Below are positions 55,742 to 64,000 of a DNA stretch of 64,000 bases, piece by piece. The position numbers were made by a program, and so were the translations under genes. Numbering within the stretch: the stretch's first letter is position 1; each line of letters starts with the position of its first letter. The notes beneath the pieces are model-generated. The model made no database searches. It had not been told where the DNA came from and worked only from the letters and a program-made list of their open reading frames with translations. The stretch is from Bdellovibrio sp. (lineage in GTDB: Bacteria; Bdellovibrionota; Bdellovibrionia; Bdellovibrionales; Bdellovibrionaceae), in assembly GCA_036676395.1 (NCBI GenBank), contig JAKFCY010000002.1, forward strand, positions 256,001 through 320,000, given 5' to 3'.

Positions 55742-55834
55742 TTATAATCCTAATATATATAACCAGTATTTAAGTCCTTTAAGTTGTTTCAAAATTTCGC
55801 TTCTATATTTTACTTCGTAAGTAAGTTGTTCCAT
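55742..55834 (-). CDS. Small protein (30 aa, MEQLTYEVKYRSEILKQLKGLKYWLYILGL)
   Basis: SD AAGGAG 9 nt before the ATG; divergent from the HTH regulator. Confidence 0.55.
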   Translation of the reverse strand: MEQLTYEVKYRSEILKQLKGLKYWLYILGL

Positions 55835-55897
55835 TTGTGTTATCTCCTTGTTGAAAACAAAGTAGCGCTATTTGATATTTTTTAAAATAGTGGCGAT

Positions 55898-55922
55898 AAA
55901 GGTATCAATATATGATACCTTT
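55898..55922. promoter_or_regulatory. Palindromic operator
   Basis: AAAGGTATCA-ATATA-TGATACCTTT (perfect 10-bp arms); weaker copy GTAGCG-N5-TGATAT at 55862-55878. Confidence 0.7.
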
Positions 55923-55943
55923 TAGGGATAAAAGGAACGAATT

Positions 55944-56765
55944 ATGAATTCTCGCAGTCAGACCTTACAAGATTCTTTAAAAGACGCCATTAAGTCAGTA
56001 CTTAAACAGCAGAAGAAAACCTATGACGATTTAGCCGAAGAATTAGAAATCTCGGTACCCACGGTTAAAAGAATTCTTACTAAAGAAGAGATGGGCTTAT
56101 CGCGCTTATTACAGATTTGTGATTATTTAAAAATATCTCTGACTGAATTAGAAAAAATCGCCAATCACAATAAAAATACAGCAACAAACAGGTTCACAGA
56201 AAAACAAGAAGAGTTTCTGGCGAAAAATCCAAATTACTTAACATTCTTGTTGATGATGTATTCCGACTTATCGCCGGAAGAAATTATGAAGCAAACTAAA
56301 ATCGACGACAAAAGTTTAAAGCTCTATTTGTTACGTTTAGAAAAACTTGATTTAATTACTTATCGTAACGGTAAATATGCACTGCCCTTTGAGCTTTTTC
56401 CGAATTTGATTCCATACGGAAAAATTCATGAAGCTAACTTTAATAACATTATTGAGTCAGGCGCAAATTTCTTTAAGCGCTATAATAGGCAACGTATTTT
56501 AGCCAAAAATACAGAGCGCGATAAAGGATCTACGATGGGATTAACCATGTTAACTTTGAGTCGTGAAAGTTATCTTGAGTGGTTTGATAAAATTAAAAAG
56601 TTATATCAAGAGCTGCAGGATACTTCGATCGTCGAAGAAAAAATGCCGAAATTAAAAAATAAAAAAACAGTTGTGATTATGAGCTGTCACGGCGTTATCG
56701 AGTCTGATGACCCGGAAGTAGAGTTTTTGCAGAATTCATTTGGTGTGGTAAAGAATATTACCTAG
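55944..56765 (+). CDS. XRE-family HTH transcriptional regulator with C-terminal domain
   Basis: LKQQKKTYDDLAEELEISVPTVKRIL..LSRLLQIC; FTEKQEEFL; second winged-HTH-like segment. Confidence 0.82.
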   Translation: MNSRSQTLQDSLKDAIKSVLKQQKKTYDDLAEELEISVPTVKRILTKEEMGLSRLLQICDYLKISLTELEKIANHNKNTATNRFTEKQEEFLAKNPNYLTFLLMMYSDLSPEEIMKQTKIDDKSLKLYLLRLEKLDLITYRNGKYALPFELFPNLIPYGKIHEANFNNIIESGANFFKRYNRQRILAKNTERDKGSTMGLTMLTLSRESYLEWFDKIKKLYQELQDTSIVEEKMPKLKNKKTVVIMSCHGVIESDDPEVEFLQNSFGVVKNIT

Positions 56766-56837
56766 AGAAAGAAAAAAATCGAGCCGGGCAGTCGTTGAAG
56801 TTTACTTGACCGCCCGCTCATGGAACTAAAAAAAGAA

Positions 56838-57161
56838 CTATTGAGCTTTTGCTCCGCCTTTGTATCCGTAAGCAACTGTGCACCAAGTGTGTTTGATGAA
56901 TAGTAAGCTTGAAGAGTGTTGGTCAATGTGTGAAACGATTGACATACCACCAGCTTTTGCAGCTTCAGCAACAGAAGCATCACCAGTAGCGTAAGCGCCT
57001 AACCAGCTAGTTGCACAAGCTTCACCACGCAAAGGACCTTTGGGTAAGTGAGTAGTTGCTACTGGACCGTGAACGTCAGAGTAGATAAATCCCCCAACAG
57101 GTTGAGTTGAAGCACAGCCAGCTAAAGTTACTAAAGCTAATACAGCGATTAAAATTTTCAT
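56838..57161 (-). CDS. TRL-like family lipoprotein
   Basis: Lipobox LAGC; GEACATSWLG..ATGDASV..AAKAGG...HID...CTVAYG. Confidence 0.8.
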   Translation of the reverse strand: MKILIAVLALVTLAGCASTQPVGGFIYSDVHGPVATTHLPKGPLRGEACATSWLGAYATGDASVAEAAKAGGMSIVSHIDQHSSSLLFIKHTWCTVAYGYKGGAKAQ

Positions 57162-57301
57162 TGAGAATCCCTTCGTTGAATAAATAATTTTGCAAAATTG
57201 CAAATAAACTTGAAACAGTATGATTTCTAATCACTTTTTCGTCCAGTCATGATGCCTCTGAGCTAGACCTTGGGCTTGGTTGTAAGCATAATAAATAACA
57301 G

Positions 57302-58345
57302 ATGAGCAGTTACCAAGAATCAGAAAAAATAATTCTTTTTGAACTTCGGCGCGAGTTTTTAGAAATCGCGCGCACGCGCAAGCTGAAATTTCAGTTAGCG
57401 AATGTGCAATTATTTGATTCACAAAGTAAATGGGGCGAGTACGACCATTTAACCCGCGCAATTTCTATTTCACGTAAACTAGTGCAAAATTTTTCGTGGA
57501 CGCATGTCGTGGGAGTACTGAAACATGAGATGGCTCATCAATGGGTTTATGAAAACTATTCAGACAGTGATGTTTCAGCGCACGGTAAAGAATTTCATCA
57601 GGCGTGTGAAAAATTAAAACTGCAAGCGATATACTGTTCAAGTAAAGTTGAGCTTGCGGCAGAAAATCCAAATTTTCATGTAGTTGATGAAATAAATCCG
57701 CTGATTGAAAAAGTTAAAAAATTAATGTCATTAGCCACTTCGACAAATGAACACGAAGCAAGTCTTGCAGCTACAAAAGTTCGCGAGTTGTATTTAAAAT
57801 ATAATCTTGAGCAAACTGATCTTGGTAAAACCAGTGAAGTTACCCATTTAATTATTTCTACGCGTAAAAAACGTCTTTCGCTGATCGAGAAAAAGATCAT
57901 CGCGATGTTAGTTGAATTTTATTTTGTGCAAGTGATCGTGGTGCAAGAATTTGATTCAAAAACATTAGTGCATTACCAAGCTTTAGAAGTTATCGGTTTA
58001 AAAGAAAATACGCTTATGGCTGAATATGTGTATCAGTTTTTATATCGCGCAACTCAAAGTTATGCCGGGACTTCGATGAAGCTTGGTTTATTAGATGGTT
58101 TTGCACAAAAGCTTAAAGCTCCTGTCACAGCGAGCGCTTCAAATGAGAAAGCGTTAATGATTCGGGCTGAGGCTGCACTTGAAGATTATGTGCATGATTA
58201 CTTTCCACGTTTGCGCAGCTTGCGTTCATCATCACGACAAATTTCAAGCAGTGATTACAATCATGGCGTAAGCCAAGGGCAAAAACTCAATTTAAATAAA
58301 CCGATTTCTGAAAAGAATCGTGGCGCAACAAAACTTATAGGTTAA
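57302..58345 (+). CDS. SprT-like HExxH metallopeptidase plus DUF2786 domain protein
   Basis: LKHEMAHQ...HGKEF; IEKVKKLMSLATSTNEHEASLA...LKYNL. Confidence 0.8.
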   Translation: MSSYQESEKIILFELRREFLEIARTRKLKFQLANVQLFDSQSKWGEYDHLTRAISISRKLVQNFSWTHVVGVLKHEMAHQWVYENYSDSDVSAHGKEFHQACEKLKLQAIYCSSKVELAAENPNFHVVDEINPLIEKVKKLMSLATSTNEHEASLAATKVRELYLKYNLEQTDLGKTSEVTHLIISTRKKRLSLIEKKIIAMLVEFYFVQVIVVQEFDSKTLVHYQALEVIGLKENTLMAEYVYQFLYRATQSYAGTSMKLGLLDGFAQKLKAPVTASASNEKALMIRAEAALEDYVHDYFPRLRSLRSSSRQISSSDYNHGVSQGQKLNLNKPISEKNRGATKLIG

Positions 58346-58355
58346 TAATTCAGGT

Positions 58356-58841
58356 ATGAAACAGAAAATAATAATCTTATTAGCCACTTTTTTTGGTTCG
58401 GGAAAACTGCCTAAATCTCCGGGCACATGGGGAACATTAGCGACAATTCCTTTATGGTATTTGTTGGCTTCGCAGCTTCATGCCGTGACTTATATGATCG
58501 TCACTTTAGTTTTATGTGTGGCTGCAATTTTAATTGCGCAGGCCTACGAAAACATGACCAACACGCATGATTCAAAAGAAATTGTGATTGATGAAGTGGT
58601 GGGGTTTTTAATCACGATGACGTGGCTACCGTTAACATGGCAAAGCTTGATCGCTGGTTTTATTTTATTTCGTATCGTCGATATCACGAAACCACCTCCA
58701 ATTAGACAATTAGACCAAAAAGTAAAGGGCGGGGTCGGCGTAGTGATCGATGATATTGCTGCCGGATTAGTGTGCAATGTAGTTCTGCAGCTTGTTTATA
58801 CCTACACGCCATGGCTTGGGGCGCAAACCCAGACTTTATAA
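58356..58841 (+). CDS. pgpA: Phosphatidylglycerophosphatase A
   Basis: PKSPGTWGT; HDSKEIVIDEVVG; FRIVDITKPPPI; GVVIDDIAAG. Confidence 0.93.
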   Translation: MKQKIIILLATFFGSGKLPKSPGTWGTLATIPLWYLLASQLHAVTYMIVTLVLCVAAILIAQAYENMTNTHDSKEIVIDEVVGFLITMTWLPLTWQSLIAGFILFRIVDITKPPPIRQLDQKVKGGVGVVIDDIAAGLVCNVVLQLVYTYTPWLGAQTQTL

Positions 58842-58867
58842 TAGATTAGTTAAAAAAAGCTCTTTAC

Positions 58868-58913
58868 ATATGTGTAAGTGATATGTAAGTTTATATGTAA
58901 GTTATATGAAAGT
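58868..58913. repeat. Four phased TGTAAGT direct repeats
   Basis: TGTAAGT at 58873, 58884 and 58896; TGAAAGT at 58907 (spacing 11/12/11). Confidence 0.7.
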
Positions 58914-58928
58914 AATTACGGATTAAGC

Positions 58929-59492
58929 ATGAAGACATTAAAAGTTGTGCAGTTAAATGTGCAAACTGAAGATCTGAATTCTCGAATGAAAACTGCTCTA
59001 AAAAGAGCGGTTCAGGTTGTTCGTGACAAGGATATGTTGGTGGGGTTTGCTGAGAGCTGTACCGGGGGACTTTTAGCAAGTTCGCTAACTCAACAATCAG
59101 GGGTCTCAGATATTTTCTGGGGCTCAGTTGTTTGTTATGCGAATGAAAGTAAGAGTACTTTTTTGGGTGTGCAAGAGTCTGTGTTTAAAGAATTCGGTGC
59201 TGTCAGCAACGAATGCGCAAAACAGATGGCTGAAGGATTGGCCGCACAAATCAAAAAAACAACATCGAAAGATGTCGTAACGGTTTCAGTGACCGGAATA
59301 GCAGGACCGAGCGGCGGAACACCAACAAAGCCAGTAGGAACTGTATTCATTGCGGTGGCTGGTACGAAGTTAGCAACTCAAGTATTTCATCACGAATTCG
59401 TAACTACAGTTAAAGATAAAGAACTTACTCGCGAAGAGGTTCAACAAGCAGCGGCCGTTGCAGCGTTAGAACATCTAAGTGAATTAATTTAA
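58929..59492 (+). CDS. cinA: CinA C-terminal domain protein (PncC-type NMN deamidase)
   Basis: AESCTGGL, YANESK..LGV, GAVS..CAKQMAEG, TGIAGPSGGT..KPVGTV; no N-terminal MoCF domain. Confidence 0.85.
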   Translation: MKTLKVVQLNVQTEDLNSRMKTALKRAVQVVRDKDMLVGFAESCTGGLLASSLTQQSGVSDIFWGSVVCYANESKSTFLGVQESVFKEFGAVSNECAKQMAEGLAAQIKKTTSKDVVTVSVTGIAGPSGGTPTKPVGTVFIAVAGTKLATQVFHHEFVTTVKDKELTREEVQQAAAVAALEHLSELI

Positions 59493-59536
59493 TAAATTTT
59501 TTTATTATATAAATATATATAAGAGGAGCAAAAAAC

Positions 59537-60694
59537 ATGGCAAATCCACAAGAACAAAAAGCACAAGGCGAAAAACTAAAAGCATTAGAACTAGCAGTTT
59601 CTACTATCGAAAAACAATTCGGTAAAGGTTCGATCATGCGTTTAGGCAGCAACGATTCTTTACATAAAGACGTAGAAGTTATTTCTTCTGGTTCTTTATC
59701 ATTAGACGTAGCACTTGGTATCGGTGGTCTTCCTAAAGGTCGTATCGTTGAAATCTTTGGCCCAGAATCTTCTGGTAAAACAACTTTAGCTCTTTCTACA
59801 ATTGCACAAGCTCAGAAAAAAGGTGGCGTTGTTGCATTCGTAGATGCAGAACATGCATTAGATACAAATTACGCCCGTAAATTAGGTGTTAACGTTGCAG
59901 ATCTTTTAATTTCACAACCAGACACTGGTGAACAAGCTTTAGAAATTGTTGAAACGTTAGTTCGTTCTGGCGCAGTAGATGTATTAGTTGTCGATTCAGT
60001 AGCGGCATTGGTTCCGCGCGCTGAGATCGAAGGTGAAATGGGTGATTCTCACATGGGTTTACAAGCTCGTTTGATGTCACAAGCCTTACGTAAATTAACG
60101 GCGGCGATTTCTCGTTCAAACACTTTAGTTATTTTCATCAATCAGATCCGCATGAAAATCGGTGTTATGTTCGGAAATCCAGAAACTACAACTGGTGGTA
60201 ACGCTTTAAAATTCTACGCTTCAGTTCGTTTAGATGTACGTCGTGTTGGCGCCATCAAAAATGGTGAAGAAGTTACTGGTAACAGAACAGCTGTTAAAGT
60301 TGTGAAAAATAAAATGGCTTCTCCGTTTACAAAAGTTGAATTCGACTTAATGTATGGTGAAGGTATTTCTGAAGAAGGTGATATCTTAGATTTAGCTGTG
60401 ACTGCGAACATGGTTGAAAAATCAGGTGCATGGTACTCTTACAAAGGTGAACGTTTAGGCCAAGGCCGCGACCAAGCTAAAGAATACTTAAAAGCAAATC
60501 CACAAGCTAAAACAGAATTAAGAGCTGCGATTCTAGCTAAAAACGGTATCGGTGCATTGTTGTTAACTAACGATATGAATGATGCTGTTACTGATGAAGA
60601 TTCTGTTGAGATGGAAACTCCAAAAAAAGGTAAAAAAGCTAAAGCCGAAGCGACTCCGAAAGAAGCTAAAGCTGAGAAAGAAAAATTGAACTAA
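59537..60694 (+). CDS. recA: Recombinase A
   Basis: [45 protein letters not shown]. Confidence 0.99.
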   Translation: MANPQEQKAQGEKLKALELAVSTIEKQFGKGSIMRLGSNDSLHKDVEVISSGSLSLDVALGIGGLPKGRIVEIFGPESSGKTTLALSTIAQAQKKGGVVAFVDAEHALDTNYARKLGVNVADLLISQPDTGEQALEIVETLVRSGAVDVLVVDSVAALVPRAEIEGEMGDSHMGLQARLMSQALRKLTAAISRSNTLVIFINQIRMKIGVMFGNPETTTGGNALKFYASVRLDVRRVGAIKNGEEVTGNRTAVKVVKNKMASPFTKVEFDLMYGEGISEEGDILDLAVTANMVEKSGAWYSYKGERLGQGRDQAKEYLKANPQAKTELRAAILAKNGIGALLLTNDMNDAVTDEDSVEMETPKKGKKAKAEATPKEAKAEKEKLN

Positions 60695-60721
60695 TTGTTT
60701 GATTTGAAATTTTAGATATTT

Positions 60722-60755
60722 AAAAGCCTCGGTGATGAACCGGGGCTTTTTTTTT
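60722..60755 (+). terminator. Intrinsic terminator of recA
   Basis: AAAAGCCTCGGT-GATGA-ACCGGGGC followed by T9. Confidence 0.88.
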
Positions 60756-60786
60756 AACCACTGGCGTATCGAGTTGAGACAACGAC

Positions 60787-60814
60787 TAAAGTCTATACTG
60801 TTTGTAGCCGATAA
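60787..60814 (+). promoter_or_regulatory. Sigma28-type promoter
   Basis: TAAA-N16-GCCGATAA (consensus -10). Confidence 0.6.
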
Positions 60815-60820
60815 ATTTGT

Positions 60821-62716
60821 GTGTGGGGTATGAATGTTATGAAATACATTTTATTTCTATTTTGCATTCTATTCTTTAATCTATCAGCCTTGGCCGAAGA
60901 CGAAACTGCTTCAGCAGACAATATTCGAATCAATTTAGGAAATTACAAATCAAATTCAGGAACGGATTCTGATCCTTTCAGCCTGAATACACCGCCCGAT
61001 TTTTCTTTCGCAAACACTAGTGGCACAATGAATTTTGGTGGGGCTTATTGTTCATCTCAAAATCTGAATGCATGTAAGACACAATATTTTTGCATGAAAG
61101 AGGGTGGTCATTGGGATTATTTGAGTGAAAGTTGTAAAAGAGCGAGCTGTCATTTCGGAACAACTGCGGATATGGCCGATCCAGAAAAATGCATTTGTAA
61201 TGGTGAAACTTTCGCTTACGTAGAGCGCGGTAACTTTTTACAAAGCTGCCCGGTTCGCTGTCAGGCTTCAGAAAATAAATCATACGCATTTTTTTCGCGA
61301 AGTTGTGTATGTAACGATGGCTTTACGATGGCGACAAACGGGGCCTGTGTTGCCAACCGACCTGCACAAACAGCTCCGAATATCAGTGAATGCTGGCGTG
61401 AATTAGCTGAAAAAGCTACGGCTTGTGAAACTGCGGCAGACACAGCTGTGGCCGAGTGCGAACCCGGTGAAAATGATTCATTACAGGCCCTACAAGGGTT
61501 ATTAGCTGGCACGAGTGGCAGCGCTATAGATAACTGCGAACGTGCAGCAACTGCAAGTACTTCGGGTTACCATCATGTAGAAGATACTCGTCGCGTCTGT
61601 GATGAGAAAATTAATTCATGTAAAACAGGCTGTGTTGATGCCACGGCTTTTCTTAATGCGAATAAAGCGCGTGTTTATAATGCTTGTCGTGAAAGGGCCT
61701 ATCAGGCACAAATTCAGGCAGGGCCGCCACTGCCTCAGGATCGATTTAATCCCATGTGGGATAATGATAACAAAGCAAATTTGGATAGCCAGTTTCAAAG
61801 TTTACTCACAAAAATTGAGAGCTCTCGCGCAACATGTGAAACAGGCACAGCGGCTAAAAATCGTGAAGAATTATCGACAGCAATGAATGAAATGAATACG
61901 AGCTCAAGAAATGCTAACCAGTGTGTGTGTCAGTTAGGCTCAACAAGTGCAGATTGTGCTAAGTCTGTCGTGGGGCCAGCAGATTGTTCAGCTGATCCGT
62001 CGCGACCAGGTTGCACGGCGGTTGCAGACAATTGTTTCGACGCGAATAATGTTTCTTTAAAATGTATCTGTTTTAGAAATCCAGAAAGCGCTCAATGTAA
62101 GGGTTCAGCAAATCTGAACGTTAAGGCTAATGAAATGGATGCAAGTGGATTTGCCGCAAAGAAAAATAGCATCGACACCCGCAGTAATAATTCTGAAGTC
62201 AGTGGTATGGCGGCAGGTAAAGCTACCGAGGGCTTTAGCAACATAGATAATGCTGGTCAAAAACCTGAAATTTATGCTCAATCTGAATTAATTTCTGAAG
62301 CAGCCAGCGGATCAACGATAAGTTCTGCCGGAAACACTGGCGGCGAAAAATCAGCTGTGGCTGCTGCGAGTGCCAGCTCTGGTGGTGCCGGCAACGTTTC
62401 AAAAAGCGCTAATCCTTCGCCAGCAACAGCAAAAAACAACGTTAGTGTAGGCAGTAAATTGAGTGGATTTTTTAATACAGCAAAATCAGCTATTGGTGGA
62501 ATTTTTAAAAAAGGTTCTGGCAATAAGGAATCGTCTGATGATTACCGTGATGGCAGTAATCCATCTTTTGATCAGAAAAAATTTCGACCACGTGGAATGG
62601 TTCGTGGAATTGCCAGTGTTGATGGGCTTGCTGGCAAACACGAAGACATCTGGAAAGTTATGAATAAACAATACAAAGTTCAAGACCAAAAAGACAATTT
62701 TATTTTCGAAAAATAG
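60821..62716 (+). CDS. Large secreted Cys-rich protein
   Basis: Signal peptide (start may be ATG 60839); many CxC / EGF-like Cys clusters; S/G/A-rich tail with RGIAS. Confidence 0.7.
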   Translation: MWGMNVMKYILFLFCILFFNLSALAEDETASADNIRINLGNYKSNSGTDSDPFSLNTPPDFSFANTSGTMNFGGAYCSSQNLNACKTQYFCMKEGGHWDYLSESCKRASCHFGTTADMADPEKCICNGETFAYVERGNFLQSCPVRCQASENKSYAFFSRSCVCNDGFTMATNGACVANRPAQTAPNISECWRELAEKATACETAADTAVAECEPGENDSLQALQGLLAGTSGSAIDNCERAATASTSGYHHVEDTRRVCDEKINSCKTGCVDATAFLNANKARVYNACRERAYQAQIQAGPPLPQDRFNPMWDNDNKANLDSQFQSLLTKIESSRATCETGTAAKNREELSTAMNEMNTSSRNANQCVCQLGSTSADCAKSVVGPADCSADPSRPGCTAVADNCFDANNVSLKCICFRNPESAQCKGSANLNVKANEMDASGFAAKKNSIDTRSNNSEVSGMAAGKATEGFSNIDNAGQKPEIYAQSELISEAASGSTISSAGNTGGEKSAVAAASASSGGAGNVSKSANPSPATAKNNVSVGSKLSGFFNTAKSAIGGIFKKGSGNKESSDDYRDGSNPSFDQKKFRPRGMVRGIASVDGLAGKHEDIWKVMNKQYKVQDQKDNFIFEK

Positions 62717-62719
62717 TCA

Positions 62720-63247
62720 CTAAAGCGCGAAGCTATAAATTGTTGTTAGCTGACCTTTTACCGAGGCGTCTAATGAACATTGAGCATCACCGCAGGGGAT
62801 GTCGTATCTAGCATTTGGTGGTCTGAAAATTTTATTCATTGCCGATTGTTCTAAAGCTTCGATAAGTGTTTTTGTTAGGGCTTGGCCTTCTGTTGTTGTT
62901 GGCGTTGCTTTAAGTAACTCGATCGCTTTTGCGAAAGCTACGTCAGACATAAAATCATTTTGTTTTAGATTTGAGAATGTAAAGCTGTAGCTATAGTGGG
63001 CGCAGCCGCCTGTAGTGAAAGCTAATTTTACTTTTCCTTTTTTTAGAACTGCTTTTTGTGTCAGAACTTTTTCTTTGTTATTACGCACTGGTTTTTTGAT
63101 TGAGAGAAAGTCTTTTGATTTTTGATCTAACGCTGATTTTGCATTCGGAAAATCGTACGCGCACTGGTCTTGTGCTTGTGGAGCTTCAGCAAAAGCATTG
63201 GCTCCAGTTAGTAACGCTACACAAATTAGGGTGATTATTTTTTTCAT
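62720..63247 (-). CDS. Secreted hypothetical protein
   Basis: Start at MKKIITL; signal peptide ending AFA; GGCAHY and CGDAQC motifs; directly follows the peroxidase gene. Confidence 0.65.
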   Translation of the reverse strand: MKKIITLICVALLTGANAFAEAPQAQDQCAYDFPNAKSALDQKSKDFLSIKKPVRNNKEKVLTQKAVLKKGKVKLAFTTGGCAHYSYSFTFSNLKQNDFMSDVAFAKAIELLKATPTTTEGQALTKTLIEALEQSAMNKIFRPPNARYDIPCGDAQCSLDASVKGQLTTIYSFAL

Positions 63248-63248
63248 A

Positions 63249-63737
63249 CTATTTGCCGAGTGCTTTTTTAATGGTCTCGTTGATCGCAGCTGGCTCAGTG
63301 TTTGGCGCGAAACGCTCAATCACTTTACCGTCTTTGCCAACTAAGAATTTTGTGAAGTTCCATTTAACGGCTTCTGTACCTAAAATTCCCGGAGCTTCTG
63401 CTTTTAAATGCTTATAAACTTCTGCTGCTTCTCCGCCATTCACTGCAACTTTATCTAAAACGGGGAATGTTACGCCGTAGTTCATTTCGCAGAAAGATTG
63501 AATTTCGTCACTTGTGCCGGGTTCTTGTGAACCGAATTGGTTGCATGGAAAACCTAAGATCACTAGGCCATTATCTTTGTGTTCTTGATACAATGCTTCT
63601 AGGCCTTTGTATTGTGGAGTAAAGCCACATTTACTGGCTACATTCACGACCAAAACAACTTTGTCTTTATGTTGTGATAAGTCATAGTCTTTGGCCTGGG
63701 CATCTTTAACTGTAAAATCAAAAAAACTTTTTTTCAT
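63249..63737 (-). CDS. Glutathione peroxidase family protein (Cys type)
   Basis: VNVASKCGFTPQY, GFPCNQFG.QEPG, KWNFTKFLV; SD GAGAGG; start at MKKSFF. Confidence 0.93.
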   Translation of the reverse strand: MKKSFFDFTVKDAQAKDYDLSQHKDKVVLVVNVASKCGFTPQYKGLEALYQEHKDNGLVILGFPCNQFGSQEPGTSDEIQSFCEMNYGVTFPVLDKVAVNGGEAAEVYKHLKAEAPGILGTEAVKWNFTKFLVGKDGKVIERFAPNTEPAAINETIKKALGK

Positions 63738-63915
63738 ATCGGTCCTCTCGTGTGGATATTTTGCTTCTGATGGCACCTGATAGTTTGTTCCTATCGGTTG
63801 ATCAAGTTATCGCAAACTCCTGCTTTGTATGTAGCCCACTATAACAGTTTTATTGTACGATAACATAGTACTTTCTAAAGGCTAAAACCTTTAGTTATAG
63901 ATGAATAGAGAATAG

Positions 63916-64000
63916 CTATATGTCACTAAGCAACATACCACAGACCGTTTCTTTAACTCGTAATCCGAACTTGTCGGCACCGAAAGTTGATCGCACCTCA
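63916..64000 (-). CDS. Possible 3' end of a gene entering from beyond the window
   Basis: Open frame EVRSTFGADKFGLRVKETVCGMLLSDI* runs to the edge; too short to verify. Confidence 0.25.
   Translation of the reverse strand, partial: EVRSTFGADKFGLRVKETVCGMLLSDI

Noticed and set aside
58864..58877. TTAC-N6-GTAA as a LexA box
   Set aside because: Spacing differs from the short-spaced TTAC/GTAA box I recall for Bdellovibrio LexA; cannot be supported.
1188..63319. Numerous 60-175 aa ORFs antisense to or nested in long genes (e.g. 12518-12931, 27290-27781, 50428-50829)
   Set aside because: Shadow frames of well-supported genes; no SD sequences or recognisable motifs.
63968..63990. AACTTGTCGGCACCGAAAGTT resembling a tracrRNA tail
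   Set aside because: Short chance similarity; no cas genes or CRISPR array in the window; the opposite strand is an open frame.

Overview
This is a chromosomal window from an AT-rich Bdellovibrionota (Bdellovibrio/Pseudobdellovibrio-like) predatory bacterium. The assignment is inferred from the tandem major-OMP paralogues, the divIVA-proC-yggS-maf / tadC-FHA gene order, QNC-type lipoproteins and sigma28-like promoters. The housekeeping backbone is tsaA, valS, divIVA, proC, pssA, asd, truA, rplM-rpsI, alaS, pgpA-cinA-recA and a glutathione peroxidase. No rRNA, tRNA, CRISPR array, transposase or integrase was recognised. Most notable: (1) a ~9.5 kb cassette of a lipoprotein, a 2880-aa teneurin-like Rhs/YD protein (Ig stalk, ZU5-like HFS site, NHL propeller, YD shell, DPSG site, hydrophobic Gly-rich tip) and a membrane immunity-like gene; (2) an unannotated, densely base-paired ~550-nt transcription unit (~25985-26534) with a promoter, a terminator and a small ORF whose SD is sequestered; (3) two unannotated small proteins with strong SD sequences (23 aa and 30 aa), one divergent from an HTH regulator across a perfect operator; (4) a Maf-YggS fusion; (5) a protein with an internal CFI-box, a second signal peptide and a beta-barrel; (6) tandem secreted CX5R phosphatase-like paralogues and a secreted DUF2252 kinase-fold protein; (7) a TadC/FHA/TPR predation-type cluster; (8) a recurrent TGTCTCA-N3-TGAGACA palindrome and several apparently leaderless promoters. 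All family calls are by motif recognition only; no searches were run.
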